Shown here piece by piece: positions 23,807-36,746 of a stretch of DNA of 64,000 nt. The translations under genes were made by a program, and so were the position numbers. The stretch covers positions 14,442,225 to 14,506,224 of the forward strand of contig OZ316895.1 in the NCBI GenBank assembly GCA_973895155.1. The letters run 5' to 3'. This DNA comes from Marsupella aquatica (Eukaryota; Plantae; Marchantiophyta). The stretch's first letter is position 1; each line of letters opens with the position of its first letter. Below the pieces are notes generated by a model. That model did no database searches. It saw nothing but the letters and a program-made list of their open reading frames with translations, and had not been told where the DNA came from.

Positions 23807-26800
23807 CTGAACGTTCGAGTAAGGCGCTTTGTAGCCGTCAAGATTTGTTGTAGATGAATTATACATAAGGGAGGGCAGTGGGCATTCTCATTGTTTTCCA
23901 GTGTTAGGTACAGATTATTTTTTCAAGCTTTCTATTCAAGATAGCTTCCGTGTCAGTGATTAGGAACAAATGGAGGAATTCTCAGGCAGACTTCTAGATT
24001 TATTCAGTTTGGCAGCGAGCCTATGGGAACCCGTTGCAATTGCAATTTGTTGCATGTTTAAGATGTTGGACAGATTATGCCACTGGCCACCACTTGGGGT
24101 TTAGACTTGAGTCCAATGAGAGCAGCTTATAAGTTGCTGTAACTTCATCATGCCTTCGCACATTTAAGTGCCGAAGCCCGAAGCAGCGACGGAAGCAGTT
24201 GTCCTCTGTCATGTGGTTCTCTTTGATGTATTCAAGTAAGATCTCTGTGAAGCACGAGATATTTTCAGATTTGCCGATGTAGCATCAGCAGCCTGTCCTT
24301 TTGCACGGACAAATGTTGACAGACCTGGCAGGTCGTGCCAGTATCAGCCTGTTTCTCTTATTGTTTTCAGGAGGCCTTCGGTGCTTCTTAGCTGTGACTG
24401 ACTACAATTTTACTCAGTTGGGTGACATTTTACAATCCTGCGATGGTGGGTTTTCTTTTCTGTAGGATACGTGTTACTGTAGGAATTGTTGAAGGAGATG
24501 TGTTATTAAAGGTGGATGTATGAATATCGGACAGTACCATTCTTGCGTGCACCTTGATTGTCTGGCGCGCTTCTTACAATGAATGAACTTTTATCTTTTT
24601 ATCAGGTTCAGATTTGTTAATCTCTTTTGTCAAAGCGAAGGCAATTTCATTTCGGCTACAATAAGATCACCGTCTAGAGCCAGTGGTCTAAGGAGGATAG
24701 AAACAGCGCATCACTGTCAAGAGCTTGTAACACTAATCGGTTGGACCACACAGACACAGGAGCTTCGAAGAGGAGCTACTGGGAAGAGGCGGTCCAATGG
24801 AGGTCGCTGCTCTATCTGATGGTCGTCTGCAATAGCTCCACATGTTCACGAGTTATGCATAAAATGATTTTCCATGCGTGTCCTTTGCAACTCGAGCCAC
24901 TCCTCCCTGTTTGGAGTGTGCAATTCCTTGCAAGCGTTTGAAGTCACCTCGGGAAGCCAGCCCTCAAGTGGTCGTGCGCCATTGGTGCAATAACAATTTC
25001 ATTAAAAAGTGGCGTAACTTTCATCTAGAAGTGGGGTCGTGAAGGACCATAGAACTGCCATCCATGAAACCTGCACTCCACCAAATATGGAAGAAGTCTC
25101 AACAGACTTGGCTACAAGGACGGAGCACTTCCATCATTGCACGAAAGAATCTGTCTAGTACAGTAGTGCTGCAACGAACCGGAAAAGGATACCGGCCAAT
25201 AAGCAGAACGGAATCAAATGCTTTTTGTACAACTCGCTGATTTGTTTCTGACAAGTCCAAGATTCTGTCGGCGAACAATGTGGGAGACTTGACACTGGGA
25301 AGCATAGACGATCGTAAAAGGCACATTCGAAAAACATTGGATCCATAGTCCAGCTGTTTGAAGTAGCTTCGGGATCTTACTGAATAGAGAAAGTTCAATC
25401 CGTCATTCTTAGGTTTTCTATGATTCTCTCATACAACCTAGGAAGTGACTCCGTCCCGATCGAGTTATACTTTATTGAAAAGGACGAGCTCGCAGGATGA
25501 CGATTAGTCATAATTATCTCGCAGTTCACTAGAGTAGTGTTGATAGTATTACAAGGGAATAAGCACCGACCTGTATACGGCGGCTTTTGGTAGGACCCTT
25601 GTTCCAAGCTATGGCAGAACTCAACGATCAATTCGCCGACGATTCTGGAATTCTTCCACGGGTTTTCTACAGACGCTAATTGGTCCGCAATTGTGGAAGC
25701 AGTGAGAAAAGTACTGCCCCATACATTACTTGACTTCTGCTCTAAAATAAATGCAGTGCTTGATAGGTTCATTCTTGCAGCGGACCTATTTGCCATTTTC
25801 ACCAATCAGCTGTTACAGCCATCTTCGGTGATGAATTGAACGTTCTAAAATTGATGGGGCTCATGGGGAAGGTTGTCCCCTTAAAATCCAGAAGCACTTC
25901 AATTAGCATATTAGTCCAATGGAGCTCAGCTTCCCCGTGGATTAACGTGCAACCAGATGCGAGCCTTCTGTTCCCGAGTGAGAAGGTGCTCGATCTCTGG
26001 CCTCCTGGTTTAGGACCACAGAGACCTCTGTTTCTGCTCTATTCTGAATCTGAAGTTGGAGCAGGAGAAAGGCTTCCTAGAAATTCACCAAGCCGGATGA
26101 GCGTACTGGATGTTACTTTGTCCAATGCTAAAACGATATGTTTTGAGAATCCTTGGTCGCATTCGCTAACGCACTATCGATTGCCAACTCTCCAAGATGG
26201 TCGATATAGGCGTCATCGGCCTGAGCCTAAGCCGGGCTTAGTGTCCACGGTCGAAAGCATTGTCGTAGCTTGCAATTGTTGGATTCGGAGAACAGGACTT
26301 GGAATCACTTTTATCTGTTTGTCATAGCATGATTGACGATCAAAATTGGAGGTCATGGAAGAAAAAGGAAGTAGATTTGGCAGATATCGTGAGCGTTGTC
26401 GTTGATACTGACGGGACAGACAACGGATAGCAAGCCATCGGCCCATAAGATAATTTTTCTCTTAGTGTAAAGTGTGATAAGTTCATAAATGTGCCTTTTC
26501 TGGCTCGACCATATGGGTCAGCTGAAGCCGGTCGACCATTCTGTATTTTAAACGGAATTAAACAGCCCAGAGGGCTTGAATGACCCGAAAAGCTGACCCC
26601 ACATGCGTCCAAAGATCGGAAAGAATCATTATTCTTAGTTCTTAGTTTTGCCTCAGGATTTATGTCTGAGAAGTTTTCATATAGGCTGGTGACCGCAGGT
26701 GAGACTAAGCAGAAGGTGGATCTGTTGACAGGTACGAAATCACTGCAGGTAGTGATCTCCAGTTGACCAGTCTCAAGATAAGAAGGTAAGGCACCTTTGG

Positions 26801-27350
26801 TACACTCCGTGAGCAAGTTGCCAACAAAACATGTCCTCTAATTGTCCACTTGCATAGCAATCGTAGCTTATATTGGGGGAGAATCCAACAGATTGGGACA
26901 TCACACAGGGAGCGCGTCACATGAACTCAATGAAACCATGTACAGAGATAATTTTGTTGGAACGGAAGCACACATGAAGAGACTATCTACAGCACATATG
27001 ATGGGACAATCTTCAGACTCACATTGAAGCTCAAATGATGCGACTAGCTATTGAGCCCACCTCTCCCAACTCGAGCTCAAATGGCGGGACCATCGATCAA
27101 GCTTCTGAAAAAGTTGTATAGAAGCCCATCGAGATTCAGCAGGCACATCGACTTTGGCATATGGAGCGCACATGGTTTCCTTCAGGGGATTTTTAAATTA
27201 GCACAGTCGCTTGATTGAAGTGACTAAAATGCATGTGCCCTGCGGACTTTATTTGTGTCCATCCTGATAAAATAGCTGTATTGGCACACAGCAAAATAAC
27301 ACCACCGCGCGCTTAGTGCGAAGAGCGCAAGAGAAGGGGAAAAGCAAGAT

Positions 27351-30300
27351 TTAGGTGAAGGAAGAATCCCATAACGCAATGTAGTTCACGAAGTTAATCA
27401 TGAGGGGAAGGACCTGAAGATTGCGTTCTTAAGTATGCACGGACTCTCAGGCTGTCGAATTTTGAAATCATAATATTCCCTAAAGACACTTTAAAGCATC
27501 GCACTGCTGCACACCCAATCTGGTAAAGTTTGGGAGCATTACCTCCATAGTTCTATTGAATCGAGATTGAATATCTGCTACAATGTCCTGCGTGCTCAAT
27601 GGTTTCTGCACCCACCATTGTAAAGAGATATTCTCAGCTTATGTAATAACCGTGGTGAGTCTTACTTTCGAGATTTCATGGAAGCATGACTTCCGAAGAC
27701 GTTTCTTTTTTGTGGCCCAAACATCGACTTCGGTCTTCATTTGAATCAAGAACCACAACATTCTAGTATATTTTGCATCTTGAGCTAGTCTGTGGCGAAC
27801 AGGAACCCACCCACGTACTAAAGAGAAGGTTTCCTTTCGACGCAGGGAGTGTAAAGAGAATCCGTCACATCACCACTCAGTCATTTGTAGCAGGAGTGGG
27901 TCATGAGGACTACCAGGTACAGCTGGGCTACCTTCTCAGGATGGACGTGACGCACTTTCTCGGCCACTTGCAGGAGATTTTCGTTCGATTCCCCTCGGAA
28001 CTTCGATAAGTTGTTCTCCATATCTGTCACAAAGAAACTGAATCTTATTACAAATGTTTTTCCTATTGTTAAGGTATGGTGAGAATTGTTTCTGGAAGGC
28101 AAGAGTACTATGTCACCATGCTTACATTGGTGAGTATTACTGATGTCCCTTATTGTTTGCGAGTGTTGATCTAGTACTGGCATAGGCATGCCCGCACCGT
28201 AGGGATGTCTGCATCGAACAATTCGTAAAATAATAAGGAATTTTAGCTCACAGAATAGACGTATCGTAAAAAAATCAACTCCAAATGAGGAAAGCACAAA
28301 CAAGCCATACCCAGCTCACCTACAATTGAGTATATTGACGTAGGGGTTGACGTCCACGAACGAGGCAGGACCCTTCTGGTGCGGGATCCACAAGATTTGT
28401 TCACATTCACAGTTTTGCAAGTTTTCCTGGAATGGTGCCCTCGGAGTAGAATGCTCACTATTCCTTTCCAGAGGCAGTTCCCATCTTGCAATATCCAACC
28501 CGTTTTCCTGCCACCCAGAGGAAACTTGGTAAGCTGGCTGCACTGCCTGTCGGGAAAGAAAGTTTTGTTGGTGTCTCCGGTCGACGTTTTCAAAACCATT
28601 TTCCTGCCAGCCATTCCAGCCTCAAAAGATTTAGTGCGAGCTCAATAGGCATAGTCCGTTTGCAGAAGTCTACTTGTTCCTCCTCATGCCAAGGCAAAGG
28701 TGAGGTTTTAAGAGGCAGAAGAATTGACCGCATACCTGATGGCTTAAGCAACCCTGATGCTGGTGGAGTTTCTTTCTTGCACTATCGAGTTCAATTTCCT
28801 GCAGTGACAGTAGTTTGCAACGACTGATTAAGGCTAAGTAAACAGCATGCAGTTGGATCTTTAGTCAAGTCACCTTCTCATGCGTGTGAGAATTTGGATG
28901 CTAAAAAGAACTAGATGGTACTAAGAAATACCTTGTGGGGTAAACCAGCCTCCAGGAGCGTGACGCGACTCTCAAGACTGACAAGTTTTTCCTGCAATCC
29001 GATGCATCAAGGAAGAGTCAGGAGTCGGAACAGTGAAGGTTCAGTTTGACTGTGCTTTTCACCCAAAACATTATGCAGATGTTGTCACCTGTAGCGTTTC
29101 CCTTGCCTTTGTGATTCCATCTTCCAGCGTGCAGAAGCGAGCTTCAAGTCTCTCGGCCATCTCCATCTATGGCAAGTCCAGAGTAGAATTAATATTCTTG
29201 CTCAATTATTGGCTTCCAATTCCGTCGGACTTATTCTAAGGATAGAATTATTTTGCATGTCCGATCCTAAGTAGGCAAGAGTATGGCCTCAATGAGTTTC
29301 GCTCACAATTTTTTGGCACAACTCTTCATGATAGTCTTGCACTATGTTCTGCTCCTGAAGATCGTTATCATTTGAGGCACTCAATCGTCTGGATGATGGA
29401 GAGGGCTGAGGTTGTAGGAAGTAGTGACGATCATCATCACGAGAGGTCCTCAATGGAGGAGGTTGAGCTTGTAGTGCGGAATGATGATCATCGTCATGCA
29501 CGGTACTCGGTGGTTCCACCGATGGAGGAGGCTGAACTTGTAGCAAGTAATGATGTTCATAGTCATGGGAATCACTCAACGGCCCAGACGAAGAAGGAGG
29601 CTGAGCTTGTAGCAGGTAGTGATCATCATGTGATGCACTCAACGACTTCGATGATGGAGGATGCTGAACACGTGGCGAGTAGTCATGAGTAATCTGACTC
29701 AAATCATCACCATCAGGTTTTGAAGTTTTGGGAGACGACATTCTGGATACAATCTGCATCAAAGACATTGCAAAGAGAACATATCAAGAATTTGACAAGA
29801 AGGTTTGAAAGGACAAAAGAGTGCACATCTGGAGACATCAGGAATGACTTTACTTATTCCAAATTTCAATATCAGTCGTTTCTGAACTTGAATCCATCGT
29901 AAAGGATTCTCAGGAAAAATTTCCAAACTGTGCAAAGGCAGGATTTTCCTGAACAGCCAGCTTGAAGCCAAGCAGAGTAGGGAAGTTTAGCTGTACACAT
30001 GCCGCAAGCTCTTTCAGTCGAGTCATTTGTCGCTCTAAAGCAACAATTGCGAGCCTTAATTTACTTGCAATCAATACAATCCACAGATGCTCATTGACTG
30101 ATGTTATGCAAAAGAAGAACGTCCTGGAACAATCAACGGAAGACAAATTAACATACAAGTTGCTCCTGCTCAACCGCTGTTAACGCATCGAGGATTTCAT
30201 TATTGTCCATATTAGTCTCCAAAGAAATCTTTCGTGGATGAAGCTCAGGTTCCATTCCCAGTGCAGTAGCCTGCGCAGCCGACTCAGATCTAGTCGCAGG

Positions 30301-33300
30301 AGCAACAGTGGCATCTGTCTTTTTTTCCTGTAAACAAACGAGAGCAGGTTGGTCGGGGTTGTGACACAACGTTCAGACGGTGATTCAGAGCTGTTCACAC
30401 TAAATGAACGCACTCGATATTCACAGAATGCAAGAGATCGGTATCATGTTCATATCTCTCCAGAAGTTCAAAGGCCCGGCCAGCATGAAGCATGCCAAAC
30501 TACCATCTCTGCGCTACTCAAATGGAACACATAACTCTCAACTGAAGGAGTTTAGAGAACTCATTAGGGAAAGAAGTCAAGGTGGTGGGCCTTAGCAGTA
30601 CGAGTCTAAAACGTCCCCTGGATTTGTTCAAAAGAGTCATTGTTCAAGTATGATAATTAGCTTCGGATTCCAATGAGCGACCTGACAAACCGATACGAAG
30701 TTCACTGTCATATTTGAACTTCGGATCCCAAATAGTCATTGATAACCAACCTTTACATCTGACCCCTTTCAGAAGCGCTAGTGTTTTGTGCACTCCTAAG
30801 GCACAAGCTGAAGGCAAGTGGATACCTGTTTTTGGAGAAATGTGGTCGTAAAAGTCAGGGGAAGGTTTCTATATCCTTCACTTGGAATAGGATAAAAACT
30901 AACAGGACTTGAAGGGGTCCGAAAGAGACTGCTCATGATAGTTCCTTACCTCGGGCATTCTCAAAGTGCGCTCCCAAGTCCTTGCTTCCACGAGTGGCGA
31001 AGAGGTAGCGCAGGCATTCTGCAGACCACATAGTTGATTTGGAAGTTCACTCCATATGCCCATATTTAGCTAAGATGCGATACTAAAATATTATATAGCT
31101 CGGACAGGAAGCGCGAGTAAAGCGGCATAAAAGCGGCAACATCAATACTTTACGAATTCACAAACGTAATTGGATTCTTTAGTTATCATATCCCGATATT
31201 AAGTCAAACCTCGCATGCCCTTCTTGCAGTCGCCAGGTTTGCAGGAGAATGGTTGACCTATGTCACGGCCCACCGGGTACCATCAACAACCGGAAAAGTC
31301 TAATATGATTTTGACATTTGGGAAGGATTGAAACTTCTTTCTTAATTGCAACCAGTCAGGAAGGAAACATGGCCGATTATGACCACCAAGCCATACCTAG
31401 CAGATGCCTTACCCAAAGATGGGCAAGCCGTGCGTGTTTAGAGTTCAGATGGATGGGTTGGTGGTCGTCATCGGCCATGTTTTGGGGCATCACAAGGTAA
31501 GCGCGCCACAGATGGGCTTACGAGATAGAATAACTCTGTTGGTTCAGTCGATTCAATTGTGTTTGTGTTCCCGTCAAACTGAGTAAGAAATTGCAAGATC
31601 TTGATTCTTGGAAAGAGCAGAGACCGAGGAGACGAGTAGAAGTAAGGGAACTGAGCCATCTCGACAGAGATCTTCAAACATGGGCTCTCCCTAGACAACG
31701 CAATTAATCTTTGTAAGCAGAATCACTCTTTTCTACGACGAGTCATATGCAGATGTCCTTGGAAATATCTACTGGATAAAGATAGTGCTGTTGACATGCA
31801 TCTAAGGTGATACATCGCAAGGCTTGTTTACGAGAGCAAACCTTGTGACAATGTGTCTTGTCGTGGACCAGCTTCAAAAGCTCATTATGCTTTCTTTTGC
31901 TCATCTGTTTGAATCAGCCCACAAATCTCTGAGGATGCATGGAGTTGGCTGGCCAAGACCTCTATATATAAGAAATATTAATTGGATGGGAAGGCATAAT
32001 TACGTGGTCGGCATTCGAACTCGTCTACAACATACGTACTGCGAGAACTTTCACAGCAGGAGACGCTCTCAGATGACCCCACAAGTAAATATAATTTGAA
32101 ATGCACACTTCCAAATTTGTTGAACTTTCAACTTTGAAAAGACAGTTGTGAGAACTGATCTGGATTGACTAGATGTTCAGTACTGCTGAGCTAGTTAATT
32201 TCTCTAATCATCTTTGGGGAGAACAAACGCCAGCGAGCTGATTGGCATTAAAGCCAGAAACTTATCGGAAGGATCCAGTCAGGACGCACCTGTATGACGT
32301 CGCAGAGGAAGAGCAATTTCCGTTCTGCGTATCCTCTTGCAAACATCTGTGCGTCCATTCCCAACCCAACAACTCGGATCTGTCAAATTGCGACATATGT
32401 AGTACAATCTCTGTATGAAGCTGTACAGATCCTAGACAACCAATTCGAGTGAATCTTTCGTTTTTTAAGGATATCTCCTGACATATCATTCATATCATTC
32501 TGCTAAGAGAATTAGAAGATATCTCCTAAGCGGCCTAGAAGACTGTTTCAACGCTGCCGCCAGAGTCTTACTAGCAGAACTGGTGGAAATCTCGTGGGCC
32601 CGTACAGCTCAGCTACATCTGTCACTGGTACTATTTTCTGGCTGGTTTCAAAATTTTCAAAATTGTTGGAACTATGGTTTCTGCGTGCCTTGCCAACATA
32701 ATCAAAACACCAGGAGAAGTGCAGCTAGATACTAGATTCGCATGTCGTAGATTGCACAATGAATGAACAGACAAAAATCTGATTCCCAGCTGCATGTTGT
32801 GGCTAATAGAGGAGCGCCTGTCAGATTCAATCTTTTCAAGGACGAAATCAGTTCAATTCTGTGATAATTGAACCCTTCAACCACCATAATATTACAGTAC
32901 ATTACCTGGCCCATCGTCAACGCACTCCGGTAGTTGAATTCCTGCCGCAGAAACTTCAAAGTACTCTCCATAAATCTCTGCCGAAAACCAGTCCAATTTG
33001 TCAATTTGCTTAAATGAAGTTTTTCCAACGAAGCCCGTCCTTAACGCAAATGAAAGTCCCTTACAAATCTCCGATCGTCGTAAGAATATCTCAAAAATAA
33101 TTGAAAACTTTACCATCATTCTGATCTACGGCATGGATAATGAGATGTGTGCCTCCAACGTCTATTGAGAATGGAGAGGGGACTCACTAAGTCGCTCTTT
33201 GCCCAGAGCTCGTACCCGTTTGCGGATAAGAAGCGGGCTAAGTGACGAGAGTACCCAAGTAACGCATAATGCACGAGAGGTAGTATGCAGGCAGGTATTC

Positions 33301-33686
33301 CCTCCTTCAAGCTGCTCGATCATAACAAGTAATCCACATTGTTAGCCATTGTTAGTCAATTGCATTCAAGAAGACGTCATGTTCGATCTCGAGACAATAA
33401 ATGCCCGCAGCTTGAACAGTGTTGGCAACTTTTGGATGTGGAAAACGACTCATTTCTCGCATAGTTGCATTCGATGAAAGCAAAACTTGATCACAATATG
33501 TTTTTGTAGTATTGTAAGCCCGATGGATGCGATTGGAGCAATGCAAGGCCGGGCCTAAAGTTAAGAGATTAAGGAAAGAGAAAAACAAAGCACGAACCCT
33601 TGCACGTCGAATGCGTGGGGATACTGAATAGATTGCAGTTGTACGCGAAGGCGCTCCAAGTTGCCATGAAGATCCCCAGTCGTCAT
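27351..33686 (-). CDS. CEP44: Centrosomal protein CEP44 homolog, multi-exon
   Basis: Spliced N-terminus MTTGDLHGNLERLRVQLQSIQYPHAFDVQG-LKEGIPACILPLVHYALLGYSRHLARFLSANGYELWAKSDL-RFMESTLKFLRQEFNYRSALTMGQ-MFARGYAERKLLFLCDVIQ-MSKRKHNELLKL matches the CEP44 domain. Later coiled-coil exons read EKLVSLESRVTLLEAG and DIVADIQSRFNRTME. Middle exons and the stop are approximate. Confidence 0.85.
29372..29680 (-). repeat. Coding tandem repeat (~20-23 aa, His/Asp/Pro/Gln-rich) in a CEP44 exon
   Basis: About 5 copies of HD(D/Y)xHHYLLQ(A/V/P)QPPxSSxPLSxS in ORF 29289..29768. Confidence 0.8.
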
Positions 33687-36323
33687 AGTCTTTCACCCCC
33701 TAAAGGCCTGAAGTGCACCCAGCCAGTCGCCAGAATCGTCGACGACTCCGGTACTTTTCCGGACACTCTGACGAAGAGGGCGTGACAGACCGATCGAAAG
33801 GAGCACGTCTAATTGAGACCCCGAGCTTTCATTGTGATGGTGAGAGGTGTGCAGCGCGGCCCCGGGTGTCGCCAAGAACAGCGAGCAGGTTCAGTACAGT
33901 AGAAGAAGGATTTGTGAGGGCGGGAAGCGTCGCGGAGGAAAGAGCAGACCTGGAGGTATTGTGGAAGACGAATCTTGCAAGATCATGTTCCCTCCTCTAC
34001 GTATCGCATCGTAGATTATTTTCCAGGCTTAGTAGAGTCTGATTTTGTCTGATTAAAGCTCAACAAGACTTCGATTCGCTTCGTTCTACCTTATCCGACT
34101 TTTCAGACTTCCGAATTCAGGAATTGGTAACTCAGATGCCATCCTCTCAGATGATTCCACTGCAGGGAGCGTTCAAATGACTACGAGCCGTCGTTGTCTA
34201 CGTCATTGATCACAGGGCCAAAATATCTGGTTCATTTTCAGCCTGTTTACTAACTAAAAACATAGCGGTCTCCTGTCTCGGTCAATATGTGGAGTCAACT
34301 TTCCTGATCTTGGCAGTGTTCTGTCCGGATCTACGTCTAACTATCTTAAAGCCACAAGGGAGTGGAGAACTATAGGCAACATCCAAGTAGCTCCGAAAGT
34401 AAAATTTGGGCAGCAATATTAATCATTAGAGGGACCAACCAGAGATCAAGGTGGTTATGTCCTCTAGGTACGTAGATGCGTTTGCAACCGACCGACCAAT
34501 TTCTAGTTTCAGGTTATAAAAGTGGGCTGATGCTGGAGAATATGAGCCAACTCATTGCTACAACTCTAGCCACAAGAGACAGGAACAATGCACTCGCCAC
34601 GGTGATGTAATCGACAGTGGTACAATTTTCGCACCTGAGTTTGAGAAAATAGTTCAAAGTTCATGCCACGAAGAAATGTGGAATTGGTCTAATTTTTATG
34701 ATTGTTGGCACGGGAAATCCACTGCTAATTTCAATCGCAATTGGTCGTCTCAAAGTATCGAACATCGTGAAAGGTGTTAGCAGAAGAGAATTGCCAGGTC
34801 TCATTCTGTTAGTATATTTGTTTAATTCCAACTGAAGACTTAGAGCGCATTTTTTCCTCAATCTCGCGATGCAAATGTTCACCGGGCCATTTTCCATCTC
34901 GTTGAACTCGTTCGGGGAAACTGTACAAGCGGGCATACAAGTCGGAGGCCCTCAACTGGTTGGAGCGTAGACTCCGACTCGTTCCAGAGAATGCTGCCGT
35001 CTAGCGCCTTTCGCACTTCTAATAAGGCGCGTAAGGATTCGAAATGAGACTCTTTGCTAGTAAATTCGTCGAGGGTACGTAGAATTCAGTCAGTCATACG
35101 TGTTTGTGTTATAATTTACTGTCTGGTTGCTTTGGTCAGCTGAATGTCGAGATTGGCACAGAAATTGATGGAGAGCTGGAAACTGTTTCAATGCAGCTAG
35201 AACGAGAACTGCGAAACATACAACAGACACAGTTCAGGATGGAGATCTTTTCCAAAATATGAACCATTGATTTGGGTGGTTATTCCATTCCAACTACAAC
35301 CGGGTGAGTTTATTGATTGAGATGTTGTCGACAAAATTTACGAGTCTTCAACATTTCAATTTCGTAAAGATGCAGTTGAACGAAAGGTCAGTGGGACTAT
35401 GGGAGACTTGGGCTGGCGGCGAGACATATAGAATGTTCACAAAACAGTGGAAGGAAGAGCTCCTGAAATTAAAATCTACCCGAGGTTGGAAGCCACTGCA
35501 ATAGCAAAGAAGATGATAAATGGACAGCGGGGTGGAAACACATTCACCTCTTGTTCCCAGAAAGACAATTTGAACATTACGCCTTTACGAATGAGACAAG
35601 CAGCTGAGTACAGAAGTGGAAAGACGACTTTACACGGCAGTCGTCGAGGCAAACCTCTCTGATGTGGCCTTTCAATGTTACAGAGTCCCATGGAACGGTT
35701 CCTAACTCGAAGCATTTCCCTTCCAGTGGAATGTGTTTCGTTCTCTGGGACTCCCTCTTGCTGAATTCTTGTTAGTCAGCTCCAACGGGATTGAGCCCAA
35801 CCCTCTCAACATCCCGTGATCAAAGTGGGTTCTCAACTCCCATCCTTTATCTGGTCCCAGCTATTTTTTTCTGTCTACACTCTAGAGCAGATAATTATCC
35901 TGTAATCATGATATCTGTCAATGGTTCTTGACGACTGCTTTGTTCAGAAGAATACTTCAGCGTACACAATCATGGCCATCGTCATCTCTTGAAAGTCACG
36001 CAACATATGAACAATGTGTTTCAGGCCATCAAGAAAATTTTGGATAGCAAAATCCCGAGAGAGGTCAACCCAACTTCGGATTCGATTCAAGCTCATGCTT
36101 GTCTGTCCAAAATTATCGCTCGCATTTGGGATCTTCCCATGTTTGTATTATAATAACAAGCAGCGGCACTCGCAGAGGTGATCCCTTTCGACGATGCATC
36201 AAGCTTCGACTGAGAATTTAACTGAATTTGGCACTGGACATGAATGAGAATTCAATCCAACTTGAGCTGAATAACAGTAGAGCAAGTATCCTACAATGAG
36301 GGCTGTAGCTGAACAACAAGACA

Positions 36324-36746
36324 TCAAACAGCAGTTCCCGCGAATGGTGCTGGCGCAGGTGCAACCGTGGCAGTCGCCTGAGATGGCGAATTCAGACTTC
36401 CCCGGCGGGGCACGAACATGATCAAAGATACCCCGACGAGAGCGAGAGCGGCGCCGATGAGATCCCACTTGTCGGGACGGTCACTGTCTAGAGACCAGCC
36501 CCAAATTATGGCGAGAATGATGAAGAATCCGCCATATGCCGCATACGTGCGTCCAAACACCTGATCCTGGAGAGTCGGAATCAGTCCATACGCGACGAGA
36601 ATCAGGCTGCCAAGGATGCAGAAACACCAATGCCAACCATCCCTTCTCCACTTCCAAACCAGCCATCCCCCTCCGATCTCGCATAATCCCGCTGCCACAA
36701 ATAGCAATATCGACACGACTACCCCTGCTGCCGAGTACTCCACCAT
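36324..36746 (-). CDS. ynfA: YnfA/UPF0060 family small multidrug-resistance-type membrane protein, intronless CDS
   Basis: Four TM helices; LFVAAGLCEIGGGWLVW, YGLIPTLQ..FGRTYAAYGGFFIILAIIWGW..D..RPDKWDLIGA are the family motifs. ATG at 36746; the track start at 36755 is a TTG. Confidence 0.93.
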   Translation of the reverse strand: MVEYSAAGVVVSILLFVAAGLCEIGGGWLVWKWRRDGWHWCFCILGSLILVAYGLIPTLQDQVFGRTYAAYGGFFIILAIIWGWSLDSDRPDKWDLIGAALALVGVSLIMFVPRRGSLNSPSQATATVAPAPAPFAGTAV

